Positions 1 through 11,441 of a DNA stretch of 64,000 nucleotides are shown piece after piece. The notes under the pieces were generated by a model. The model was given only the letters and a program-made list of their open reading frames with translations. It was not told the origin of the DNA and ran no database searches. The DNA is from Neocallimastix sp. 'constans' (Eukaryota). Position numbers and translations under genes: made by a program. The stretch covers positions 310,001 to 374,000 of the forward strand of contig JBODTK010000151.1 of the NCBI GenBank assembly GCA_050613775.1. The letters are read 5' to 3'. Every line of letters starts with the position of its first letter. The stretch's first letter is position 1.

Positions 1-18
1 ATTATATTAAAAATTAAG

Positions 19-3000
19 ATGTTATCTCAAATTACTAAATTCGCTTTACCAAAGGCTGCTACTTCTTTAAGTCTTTCTTCTCTTCAACAATTAGAAAGAG
101 TTTCTTTAAAATCTCTTGTAAGTTTTTTTAAACAATATATAAAACTTCATCAATAATATAAAATGAATAGGTGTTCTAAAGATAAAAAAAAATTATATGA
201 TAAAATGAAAAAAAATAATGATTTAATAAAAGATTATTATTTTTATTTGAAATTAATACATTTCGATTTAAAATTTTAGTTCTTAAAATAGTTTAAAATT
301 CTATTTACTTTATAATAATAGTAATAATTATAATAATAAAAAAAAATTAATAAAAATTAATTAAATCTATTATTATAAAAATAATTATGATTAATAATAT
401 AATAGTTACAATATATGATGAATAGGTGTTCTAAAGATAAGAAATAAAATATATATAATAAAATGAAAAAAAAAAATATTTAATAAAAGATTATTGCTTT
501 TATATAGACATAATATATTTCGATTTAAAATTTTATATTTAAAAATAGTTAAAATATTATTTATTTTATAATAATAATAATAGTAATAATCATAAAAAAA
601 AAATAAATAAAAATTGATTAAAAGTATTATTAATATAAAAATAATATTGGATAAGAAAATACTAAAAACAAGTATATATTATATATTTATAAAATAGAAA
701 AATTACAGGGCTGCTAGTATTTATAAAAATTCTAAGAGATTCCTTGTAACTGAGAACTCTGATCCTTTAGTAAGTTTAATAAATATATTTTTTATTGTAA
801 AAAGTTTTTTTTAAGAAATTTGATGTTAATTTTTGTGTTAAAATAAATTATATATAAAAATGTATTACCGTAGAATGAAGAAGAGGAAAAAATTCCAGAA
901 GAAGGTACTATTGCTGTTAATGAAAAGACCGTTGGTACTGCTGTTAAGCATGAATTCAAGACCGAAACTAAGCGTTTACTTGATATTGTTGCTAAGAGTT
1001 TATATTCTGATAAGGAAGTATTTATTAGAGAACTTATATCAAATGCCAGTGATGCTTTAGAAAAGGTCAGATACTTACAATTAACTGATGAAAAAGTTCT
1101 TGATGAATCTGTTGCTAATAATCCAGCCGAAATTCATATCAGTATTAATAAGAAGGAAAGAACTATTATTTTCCAAGATTTTGGTATTGGTATGAACGAA
1201 GATGAAGTTAATAACAATTTAGGTACTATTGCCAATTCTGGTACTTTAGCATTCTTAAAGAAACTTGACCAAAGTAGTGCTAGTGCTAAGGAAAATATGA
1301 TTGGTCAATTTGGTGTTGGTTTCTATTCATGTTTAATGGTTGCTGATAAGGTTGAAGTTTTCACAAAATCTGCTCATAAGGGTTCAAAAGGTTACTGTTG
1401 GACGTCCGATGGTACTGGCTCATATGATGTTTCTGAAGCTGATGGTGTAACAGTTGGTACAAAGATTGTTATTCACTTACGTGAAGACTGTAAAGATTTT
1501 GCTGATATTAATACTGTTAAGAGAATTATTAAGCGTTATTCAAACTTTGTTCAATATCCAATTATATTAAATAATAAGAGACTCAACACTATTCAAGCTT
1601 TATGGACTATGAATAAGAATGAAATTACTGAAGATCAACATATTGAATTCTATAGATTCATTGCTAATGCCCATGATAAACCACAATTTACTTTATTGTA
1701 CAAGACTGATGCTCCAATTCAAGTAAATATACAAATAAAATAATAAAAAATTAGTAAAAGAATAGAAAAACAATAATAAAATTAATAAATTAATTAGATA
1801 TTTATAATAATAATAATAATAATAATAACAGTTATAATTATTAATTTAATAAAAAGCAGAAATAAGAGAGTTTAACATTTTAGAATTTATAAAAATAATA
1901 ATAAGAATAATTATAAAAATAATAATAAATATATTCATTTTTTTTTATTAAATATGTACAATTCTTTTTTTCATTTTTTTCATTTTTTAGATTTCTAGTT
2001 TATTATATGTTCCACAATATCACTCTGAAACTATGGGTTTAGGTCGTATGCAACCAGGTGTTAGTCTTTACTCCAGAAAGGTTTTAATTCAAGCTAAGTG
2101 TAAGCAATTATTACCAGAATGGCTTCGTTTCATTCGTGGGGTTATTGATAGTGAAGATATTCCATTAAACGTTTCTCGTGAAATGCTTCAAGATAATGCT
2201 TTAATTGCTAGACTTAAGAGTGTTATGACTACTCGTATTATTAAATGGTTATTAGATGAATCTAAGCGTGACCCAGAAAAGTACAAATTATTTGCTAGTA
2301 ACTTTGGTAATTTCTTAAAAGAAGGTATTTGTGCTGATTATGGTTTCAAAACTGATATCGCTGCTCTTTTAAGATTCCCAAGTACTAAGACTGGTAAAGA
2401 TGAAGTTACTTCTTTTGATGAATATGTTGAAAAAATGCCAAAGGAACAAGAATGCATTTTCTATACTTGTACTCCAAACCGTAAAATCGTTGAAGATTCT
2501 CCATACTATGAACCATTTAAGCAAAATGATGTTGAAGTTATATTATGTCATGAAGCTATTGATGAATTTGTTATGAATAATCTTCACTTATATAAGGGTA
2601 AAAGAATTCTTAACATTGAATCTCAAGCAGCTGCTGAAGAAATTGCAAAGAAGAGTAAGGTTGAAAGTGCTGCATCAAAATTAGATGAAACTGAAACGAA
2701 GGAAATGATTGATTGGGTTAAAGAAACATTAGGTAAAGCCCTTGTTTCTCAAGTTACTGTTAATAATCGTATTGCCTCTACCCCAGCTCTTTTACGTGAT
2801 CATGATGCCTCTATTAGTAGAAGATTAATGATGATGATGCCAGGTTCAAAGTTAAATGGTATGCCAATCCCACCACAAAGATTAGAAATCAACACTAGTC
2901 ATCGTGTCATTGTAGGTTTGAATAAATTACGTAAGACTAAGCCAGAAGTTGCTAAAGAAGTTATGCGTCAAGTTTATGATAACGCTTTAATTTCTGCTGG

Positions 3001-3112
3001 TTTATTACAAGATCCAAGAACTATTATTAGAAGATTAAACAAGTTAATGGAAAATGTTGTTGATGCTAATGATACTGAATCCAAAAGTGAAACCAAAACT
3101 GAAACAAAATAG
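19..3112 (+). CDS. TRAP1: Organellar Hsp90 (TRAP1/Hsp75 type) with N-terminal targeting presequence; exons 19-117, 698-769, 874-1722, 1991-3112
   Basis: GT..AG splicing gives one frame: MLSQITKFALPKAATSLSLSS...KRF leader, HEFKTETKRLLDIVAKSLYSDKEVFIRELISNASDALEK, NLGTIANSG, IGQFGVGFYS, LRFIRGVIDSEDIPLNVSREMLQ. No charged linker, no C-terminal MEEVD or KDEL. Confidence 0.92.
163..655. repeat. Diverged tandem duplication (~255-bp unit) inside TRAP1 intron 1
   Basis: 'atgaataggtgttctaaagataa...aataaaagattatt...tttcgatttaaaatttta...aaaatagtt' occurs colinearly from ~163 and from ~418. Confidence 0.8.
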
Positions 3113-3630
3113 ATAATTCTATCTTTTATTGAAAATAAATAATATAGTATAAAAAATTCCGAAAAAAATTTTTTTTTATAAATAATTATTAAAATTATAA
3201 TTTTTATATATATATATATATTTTTTAAATCAAATTGATAAACGTTAGATTTATTAAATTATTTAACATTCATATATATATTAATTTTTTAAAATTTATT
3301 ATAAAAATAGTAATATATATAATAAATAGAGAATTTTTTTTATTAACAAATTTTTATATTTTATTTAAATAAAAAAAAAAAAAAAAAAAAAAACACAAAA
3401 TCAAAAAAAAAAAAAAATTTAAAATTAATAAATAAATAAATAAATAAAAAAATAAGAGAATAAATTATATATATAAATAATATATATATAATAAAGAAAA
3501 AGCAAAATAAAAAAATTTTTTTACAATAATATAGAAATATTAATTATATATAATAAACAACATAATAAAAAATAAATAAAATAAAATAAATAAAATAAAT
3601 AAAATAAAATAAAATAAAATAAAAAAATAA

Positions 3631-3706
<76 letters not shown>

Positions 3707-3747
3707 TTTGATTAACCAATTTTTGCAATAAATTAATAATTAAATAA

Positions 3748-3886
3748 ATGGTTGATGGACAATTATCGGAATAATTTAGGATTAACAAAGGTATTCGTCA
3801 AGGTTGTCCTCACTCACCAATTTTTTTTAACTTGCTTTATTAATAAAATTTTTAATGGATACCGTACTATCTATCCCTAATGATGT
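3748..3886 (+). mobile_element. LINE reverse-transcriptase fragment; 5' part of an interrupted host element
   Basis: Translates VDGQLSE*FRINKGIRQGCPHSPIFFNL/FINKIFN (non-LTR RT 'QGCPLSP' motif) with a stop and a frameshift; ends in the first copy of the 36-bp direct repeat. Confidence 0.8.
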
Positions 3887-4627
3887 TCCTCCTATTGCTG
3901 GTGTCTGCGCAGCCTTACAGATTAAATCATTTGCAAAATGGAGTAAATCAAACTGTATTATCTTCTATGTTTTATTCCTTAGAAAGATTAGAGCGTTTAA
4001 TCCTCTTTCTTCCTATGACTCTATTTCTAATTTTGAAGATTATATCAATCATTATATATACTTGTTCCTTCTTGGTGGGACTTTAGTTTTAAATGAGCTA
4101 CATTTCGATAGTGGGGAACAGAGACAATTAAATGAACTACTTTTCAAAGGTTCATCTGAGTCACCTGTTCCAAAAATTGTGGGCTTGGCGGAATTCTTAA
4201 CAAGTGCAATACCTATCATTAGTAGTTCGTTTGAGCTATTATTTGATAGGTATTGCAAAATACCAAACTTATCCAAGAGCGTCGACGTCGTACTGATAAG
4301 GCATAATGATAATACAGGATCATCATCTATTTCTACGAAGGATGAATCTTGTCCTAGTAGTTCAATAAATGATGAATCCGGGGAGAGTTTAGTGGACACC
4401 ACACTATCTATTTTAAAGATGTTACTTCTAGGTTTTATTTCTTTTTTATTTGTTAGGAAGGGAAAAATTCCCGCATAGTACAACTTGCCGAAATACATAG
4501 TATTTTCGAGCTTTTTTATTTTTTTATTTTTTAAATTTTTTATTTTTTAATTTCAAATGTACTTTTCACCTACATGTATTTTTTAAAATAAAATTAATAA
4601 AGTTTTGGAAGTGTATTCTCTTCCCTG

Positions 4628-4659
<32 letters not shown>
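3887..4659 (+). mobile_element. 5'-truncated LINE 3' end, family A, copy 1
   Basis: ORF remnant PPIAGVCAALQIKSFAKWSKSNCII...YLFLLGG...VPKIVGLAEFL; AATAAA, GGAAG-tgtattct-CTTCC hairpin (4607-4624), poly(A) 4631-4659; nearly identical to 4660-5380 and to 34118-34735 (reverse). Confidence 0.85.
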
Positions 4660-4662
<3 letters not shown>

Positions 4663-5380
4663 AGTAAATCAAACTGTATTATAAAGGATCTTCTATGTTT
4701 TATTCCTTAGAAAGATTAGAGCGTTTAATCCTCTTTCTTCCTATGACTCTATTTCTAATTTTGAAGATTATATCAATCATTATATATACTTGTTCCTTCT
4801 TGGTGGGACTTTAGTTTTAAATGAGCTACATTTCGATAGTGGGGAACAGAGACATATAGATGAACTTTTTTTCAAAGGTTCATCTGAATCACCTGTTCCA
4901 AAAATTGTGGGCTTGGCGGAATTCTTAACAAGTGCAATACCTATCATAAGTAGTTCGTTTGAGCTATTATTTGATAGGTATTGCAAAATACCAAACTTAT
5001 CCAAGAGCGTCGACGTCGTACTGATAAGGCATAATGATAATACAGGATCATCATCTATTTCTACGAAGGATGAATCTCGCCCTAGTAGTTCAATAAATGG
5101 TGAATCCGGGGAGAGTTTAGTGGACACCACACTATCTATTTTAAAGATGTTACTTCTAGGTTTTATTTCTTTTTTATTTGTTAGGAAGGGAAAAATTCCC
5201 GCATTGTACAACTTGCCGAAATACATAGTATTTTCGAGCTTTTTATTTTTTTATTTTTTAAATTTTTTATTTTTAATTTCAAATGTACTTTTCACCTACA
5301 TGTATTTTTTAAAATAAAATTTAATAAAGTTTTGGAAGTGTATTCTCTTCCCTGTCTAAAAAAAAAAAAAAAAAAAAAAA
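4660..5380 (+). mobile_element. 5'-truncated LINE 3' end, family A, copy 2 (tandem)
   Basis: Near-identical direct repeat of ~3939-4659 with scattered substitutions and 7 extra bases (aaaggat); same hairpin; poly(A) 5358-5380. Confidence 0.85.
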
Positions 5381-5987
5381 TAGTATTATTAGTAATGTTA
5401 GTAATAATATTGAAAATAATGTGTATGTTGATTCTAGTGTGTGTGAAAAAGTGTTCTTGGAGGTCGAAGTATTAATAACAGTACAAGGGAATGGAAGGAT
5501 CTATTTAAGTGCCAGATGAAATCAGGTGCTTATTCTGATACTCCATTCTTGGTGGTTACTGCGTCACTTCTTCAATCGATTATACCTATTGCTATTGGCC
5601 GGCAATGGTCTTTGTTTAATAGGTTCAAATCGAATCGTACTACTACTACCAAGAGCATTAATGCTGAAGAAGCAGTAAGACAGGCCAGCAGGGCTACCAA
5701 TGAAGATCATAATTTCGTATCTTAAATTATGATTAACATTGTGAAGCCAAAGTTAATTATTATACTTCAGTATAATAATGCCCTTGTGAAGTCTTACAGA
5801 TATTAATTAAATGAAACTAGAATATATTATACCATTATTTTATTTTATTTTGTGTTTTTTTTTTTTTTTTTTTTTTTTGTTTATTTTTTTATCTTTTTTT
5901 TTTTTTTCTTTTTATTACATGTAATTTTTTTTCAAATATTTAATTAATAAAGATGAAACAAGTTTGCTGCCATTAAAAAAAAAAAAA
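5381..5987 (+). mobile_element. 5'-truncated LINE 3' end, family B-like
   Basis: GAYSDTPFLVVTASLLQSIIP...EEAVRQASRATNEDHNF is homologous to 9171-9365 (GDYSKTPFLVRSVALFTEIMP...LASRANDSEGEDHNF); ends aataaag...tttgctgccatt plus poly(A) 5975-5987. Confidence 0.75.
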
Positions 5988-7612
5988 TTTAATGGATACC
6001 GCACTATCTATCCCCAATGATGTGGACTGTTTTTCCAGGTCCATGGAGGGTTGATGGAAAAGGAATAGCCTATATCAGGTGTACTGATTACAGCTTTTTG
6101 TGATTCTGATGATAATCGATGGTTATCTCTTCTAAAAATTATCTAAAACTGACAACTATACTTATCTTAGTATTCCTTTTGATGAATCTTTATCATTGAA
6201 ACCTATACAATCCAAATTAAATAGTAATTTAAATGTCAAATTAAATTCGTACTTTCGATTTCTTATTAATAAATCTATTTCTCTCTCATTGAAGAAATAT
6301 GTTTAAGTTTCGTTTATTCTTAGTCTTGTTTTATATTATGCTCCTCTCTTTGGTTCAAATAAGAGCGGACGTTCTAAAGCTCAAAAAATTATTAATAGAG
6401 GACTTTATTGGAGTTATGGATTTAAATCTCGCAATTCTTATGTTAGTCTCTATAATATTACTCGTGAATTGAGAACACCTCCTCTTTCATCTTTCATCTG
6501 TCTATGCTATATCTTAATTACGATGTTTTAGAAAATGGAAAAACTCATCATGTATTATTAATCATCTTACTAATGATATTCCTACTATATCATATTACTC
6601 ATGGACTAAAGAATCAAGGACTTTGGATAAGAAATTAAATGGTAAGAAAACAAGTGAAATAAAAAAATTTTATTGGGAAAGAGGTGTCTTCAAATCCTCA
6701 AAAGCTAAAAAAGTAATTATTTACAAGGAGAATGATTTTGTATTTATTTCAGAAATCAGAAACTTAACATTTCAATATCCTAAGTATCAGTTGGGATTCT
6801 TTTGGATTTCTCGAATTAGGTGTGGTTTTAAAATTGACATTAGTATTTCCATTAAAAGAAAAATCATCTCTGAAGATTGCCCTAAATGTCGCCTTTGTTG
6901 TAGTGTTAGTGTACCTAGCTTTTCTCATTGGATCTTTGCCTATAAAGAATTGGAAAATTACAGAAATAAATCTTTACCTTTTCTAGATGATCTCTTTTTG
7001 AAGTTTGCAATGATAATTGAACAAAAATCCTTGGATGTTTCTTTAAATTCAGAAAAGGATTATGATAATAATATTTATTATTTTATATTAAGTGCTCTTC
7101 TTGGCGGGCATTCAATATATTCAAAAATTAAAGTTAATGATGGGAAACAAAGACAATTAGTTGACAATATTTTTAAACAAAGTTCAACTTCGTCGATTGT
7201 TCCGTATTTTGTGAGGATTGCAGAGTTTCTAACAAACGTAATACCTTTAATTTGTCGATATTTTTTTTTAGATCGATGATGAAATGGTATTCTGTTGAAT
7301 CTACCGTTGCTAAGGAGCGTCGACATATCAATAATAAGGCATGGATATTCACCTCCCGATGAAAGAACTGATACAGATTCGGTTGATAACACTAATACTG
7401 AAATTATTACTCACATTAATGGACGTGGTGTTATCATCGATGAAAAGTTAGAAACTATTGCTTCTAACGCACTTTTATAATTTTATAATATATAATATTT
7501 TACTTCATGTATTTTATTATTTTTTTTCCTTTAAAATCATGTAATTTTATTATTATTATAAATTAAATAAAGTTATTCTCTTATTCTAAAAAAAAAAAAA
7601 AAAAAAAAAAAA
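5988..7612 (+). mobile_element. Decayed LINE (continuation of the host element): RT C-terminal part, Cys/His knuckle, 3' UTR and poly(A)
   Basis: Begins with second copy of the direct repeat; YTYLSIPFDESLSL, YYAPLFGSNK, KWKNSSCII, EDCPKCRLCCSVSVPSFSHWIF, LLGG; AATAAA and poly(A) 7588-7612; several stops/frameshifts. Confidence 0.85.
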
Positions 7613-8301
7613 TTGATGAGCTAAGATTCGACACTGGGGAACTGGGACATTTAAGTGAACAACTCCTAAAAAGTTCACAGGGGTCTACTGTTCCGTATAT
7701 TGTGGAGCTTGCGGAATATCTTTCAAATACAATATCAATCATCAGTAGCTCTCTTGAGTTACTTTTTGAGAGGTTTAACAAAAACACTTTCATTACTAAG
7801 AGTGCCGACGTCGTACCGATATGGCAAAGGAATAGTGTAGTTAGAAGTCCTGTTAATTTTCATCAATACACATTTACTTATAGCACAGTTTCGAACATAG
7901 AATCTATAATAGTAATTTAATTTTTGATGATCTTTCTTATGGTTTAGGGGAGAGTTTAGTGGATACCACTCTATCTATTTCAAAGATGTTACTTCTTTGC
8001 TTTATTATTTTGGATCTAACTGGTGATCATGTTACTACACATAATATACATCACACCAAAATATTTTTTTTACTTTTATTCTTTATTACATTAAATTTTT
8101 CTTTGATTAATTAAAATTAGTTTATGTTTAATTTTATTTTTTTTGTTTTACTTAATCTTTTACATACATCTTATTTTTTTATCTTTTAATCATATAATGT
8201 ATTAATGTATTTTTTTTATTAAATATAATACATAAAAATATTTTAATTTAATTTATAAAGCACTGGAAGTGTATTTTCTTCCTAGTCAAAAAAAAAAAAA
8301 A
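7613..8301 (+). mobile_element. 5'-truncated LINE 3' end, divergent family-A relative
   Basis: ELRFDTGELGHLSEQLLKSSQGSTVPYIVELAEYLSNTISIISSSLELLFERF aligns with family A; carries GGGGAGAGTTTAGTGGATACCACTCTATCT and GGAAG-tgtatttt-CTTCC hairpin (8265-8282); poly(A) 8288-8301. Confidence 0.8.
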
Positions 8302-8926
8302 TGAAATTTTTAATAAATGTGATAAATATGGAATCTCTACTGGTGATATACGCTGTTGTGGAGGTCTTTTTGTAAAAGATATTGTTTTATTGCTCCAACA
8401 AGATCTCAGCTTAAGAAGTTGTTATTGTTAGCTAGTAAGTGGGCAAGAAATTATAAAATGAAAGTTGATATCAATAAATGTGCCAATTTAGTAGTATAAG
8501 GGGAAGTTTCGAGGTTTTTTAATAACAATAACCCTACCTTTTATCTCTCAAGTCAAGAATTAATTAAAACAAATTGCTATACCTACTTAGGTGTATCGTT
8601 TTTAAATGATTTAGAATTGAAATAGATCATACAGAGAATGAATAATAAAGTGAGAAAAGAACTTTATTCCATAAAAGGATTTCTTAAGAATCCTCATATT
8701 CTTATCCCTTATAAAGGAATGTTATTTTCTGCTATAGTAATTGGGCGAGTTTCGTATTATGCTCCTCTACTTGGATCAAATAAAGAAAGAACGAGAAGTA
8801 CACAGACACTAGTTAATACAGGATTATACTGGATTGAAGGTTTTTCTAATAGGAATAGCTATACATCACTTTATTATGTTTCTAAAGAACTTAACATTCC
8901 TCCTCTATTGGGGAAATGTCAATTGC
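8302..8926 (+). mobile_element. LINE reverse-transcriptase fragment (catalytic motif region to thumb)
   Basis: EIFNKCDKYGISTGDIRCCGGLFVKDIV (degenerate FADD), INKCANL, YTYLGV, YYAPLLGSNK, SKELNIPPL. Confidence 0.8.
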
Positions 8927-8999
8927 TCATTTGACCTATTCACTATATTACTAGTAATAATAATATTATTACTAATAATATAGTGAATAGGTCAAATGA
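8927..8999. repeat. 73-bp near-perfect palindrome
   Basis: tcatttgacctattcactatatta-c-tagtaataata [a] tattattacta-a-taatatagtgaataggtcaaatga: arms complementary except one C/A mismatch. Confidence 0.95.
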
Positions 9000-9564
9000 T
9001 GATAATCGTATTAATATTAGTAATTTTCTGAATAATGAGTGTATAAATATATACGTGGCTTGATACCGATGATATAAATTCCTTCTTGATGGAAGAGATG
9101 CAGACATTATTGATTTAAATTATAAAAAGGAATATTATGGGATGTTTTATTTAAGAACCAAATCATTTCAGGGGATTATTCTAAAACGCCATTCTTAGTG
9201 CGATCTGTTGCTCTCTTTACAGAAATTATGCCTAGGGCTAGTACTCGACAAGGGTTGCTATTTCGATTGAATCAGTGCAAACTAACTAGGAGGGTCAACA
9301 CTAAAAATGCATTAAGACTGGCTAGCAGGGCCAATGACTCTGAAGGAGAAGACCATAATTTCTTTCAGATAGTCAATTCAAACCCTAATCTGGAATAGGA
9401 ATTCCATCTAAACCGAAATCTTATAATCTGGAGATATGGTTCGTTGGATATGAACTTTTTTCTGAATTTATTTATACACTTTATTTTGAATATTACTTTT
9501 TATTTCACATTACTATTTTAAATATTATTATTGGGCAAATAATATTTATTTTTAAATTAATTCT

Positions 9565-9623
<59 letters not shown>

Positions 9624-9689
9624 TATTCATATAATTAATAAATGAATAAATAAATAAAGTTGAAATTTGCAGCAGTTAAAAAAAAAAAA
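8927..9689 (+). mobile_element. LINE 3' end, family B, starting with a fold-back inversion
   Basis: Homologous to reverse complement of ~33070-33860; ends aataaagttgaaatttgcagcagtt plus poly(A) 9678-9689. Confidence 0.78.
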
Positions 9690-10188
9690 TAAAAATAAAA
9701 TAAAATATATTATTAATTTATTGTTATGAAAATATATTATTATATTTTATGAAGGCATATATATAAATAATAATAGAACAATTTAGCATTATTTTTAATA
9801 TGAACATTATAAGAAAATAATAAAGCAAAACAAAAACAAAAACAAAAAACAAAAAAACAAAAAAACAAAAAAAACGGGTGTATTATTTATTTTAGAATTT
9901 TTTTTTTATTAGAAATAAGAATTTATTAAAATTTAATAAATATAGTAATATATAATATATTATTGATTGAAATGAATATTAATTTTAATGCAAATTTGAT
10001 AAGAAAACAAAAAAAAAAAGAAAAAAAGAAGAAAAAAAATTATATACATTAAATAACATGTATATAAATATATACAGATAATAATTTAAGATGCAACAAT
10101 ATATATAATCTTATCAATAATATTGAAAATTATACACATACAACTAAATTTAAAAATTTGAAATGACATTTTATAATGATTATCATAA

Positions 10189-11395
10189 TTAATAAGAAAG
10201 TTCCAGTTCTTTTAATGACTTCCTGTTCTGTATTAATTCTATTTCTCCAAATATCTTATCCTTTGTTTCTTTGATTTTCATCTCATTTTCTTTTATTTCT
10301 TTTTCGTTGACTAATGCTTTTAACAGTGATGTCATTTCAGGTTTTATTGGCATTTCATATAATTTATCCATTTTTTTGTTATATAATTTATAATCTGGAT
10401 ATTTATTTCTTGATTTTATTTGATTTTCACTTGATGAAGAAGTGGTAGTAGTTTGTGTTTTATTACTTTTTGAATTACTATTTGTTTTACCACTTGTATT
10501 ACCACAGCTACTAATTGAACTATTGTCAATGCTACTATTATCATTTTCGTTATTTTTCTTTGCGTACTTTTCATTATTAGCTTTCTTATTTGTATTAAAT
10601 GATTTTTTACTTAATTTTAATGAATAATTACTATTCGATCGTTCATATGCACTTCTTATTAATTAATAATATATTTTCAATTATTAATTTTAATATTTAT
10701 ATATTATTTAATAGTATAATTATATATATATATATATTTTTTTTTTAAAAAAAAATAATAAAATAAAGAAAAATGATATATATTATTAATATTATTTATT
10801 TTTATATTATATATATATATATATGATATTTTTTATATTATATTTATAAGAGAGCGTTTTAGTTAATGCACATACTTTGGTCTAATATTCATATCCCATG
10901 TTACAGTTTTTTTAGATGAAGTACTTTTTATAGATGCTGATGATTCACTTTTGTTTAAAATTGATTGAACATCTTTATCATTTACTATGGATTTAGTTGA
11001 AGCAGTTTTTGCTAATGTTTTTGTGGTTTTCTTTTTCTTATCATCATTATTATGAGGTTTAAATTTTGAAAGATTTTTTAATATTCTTTTATTTTCTTCA
11101 TTTTCCTTCAAGAGCTTTTCTCTACTATAATTTGACTCTTTTGACATATATCTTATTTTACTTAATAAGTTCTATATTGAATTATCAAATATATATTTAT
11201 ATATATAAAGTTAATTTTTTTTTTTTTTCCAAAAAAAAAAAAAATTAAAATAAACTTTTTTAATTGTGTAATTTATTACTTTATTAGTTTTATCTAGTAG
11301 ATCTTTTTCATATTGTTCCTGAACAGCTCTTTTTAAATTATAATCATACTGACTTAAATATATTATTTCCTTTTAAAAATAAATAAATCATAATC

Positions 11396-11441
<46 letters not shown>

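Noticed and set aside
3540..3788. Many short ORFs rich in K/F/I/Y/N (also 23876, 28772, 45667, 57769, 58095, 60728 and others)
   Set aside because: They are translations of homopolymers and microsatellites with no protein-like composition.
4280..4350. Possible hammerhead ribozyme (ctgataag...cgaag) in LINE 3' region
   Set aside because: Lacks CUGANGA and GAAA cores with supporting stems; the segment is altered in the 34-kb copy.
4052..5226. Repeated 148-aa antisense ORFs in family A copies
   Set aside because: Repetition follows from DNA identity of the copies; the counterpart at 34 kb is shorter and frameshifted, and the sense strand carries the LINE homology.
3887..5380. RIP-like mutation among LINE copies
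   Set aside because: Differences include transversions and are too few to show a directional dinucleotide bias.
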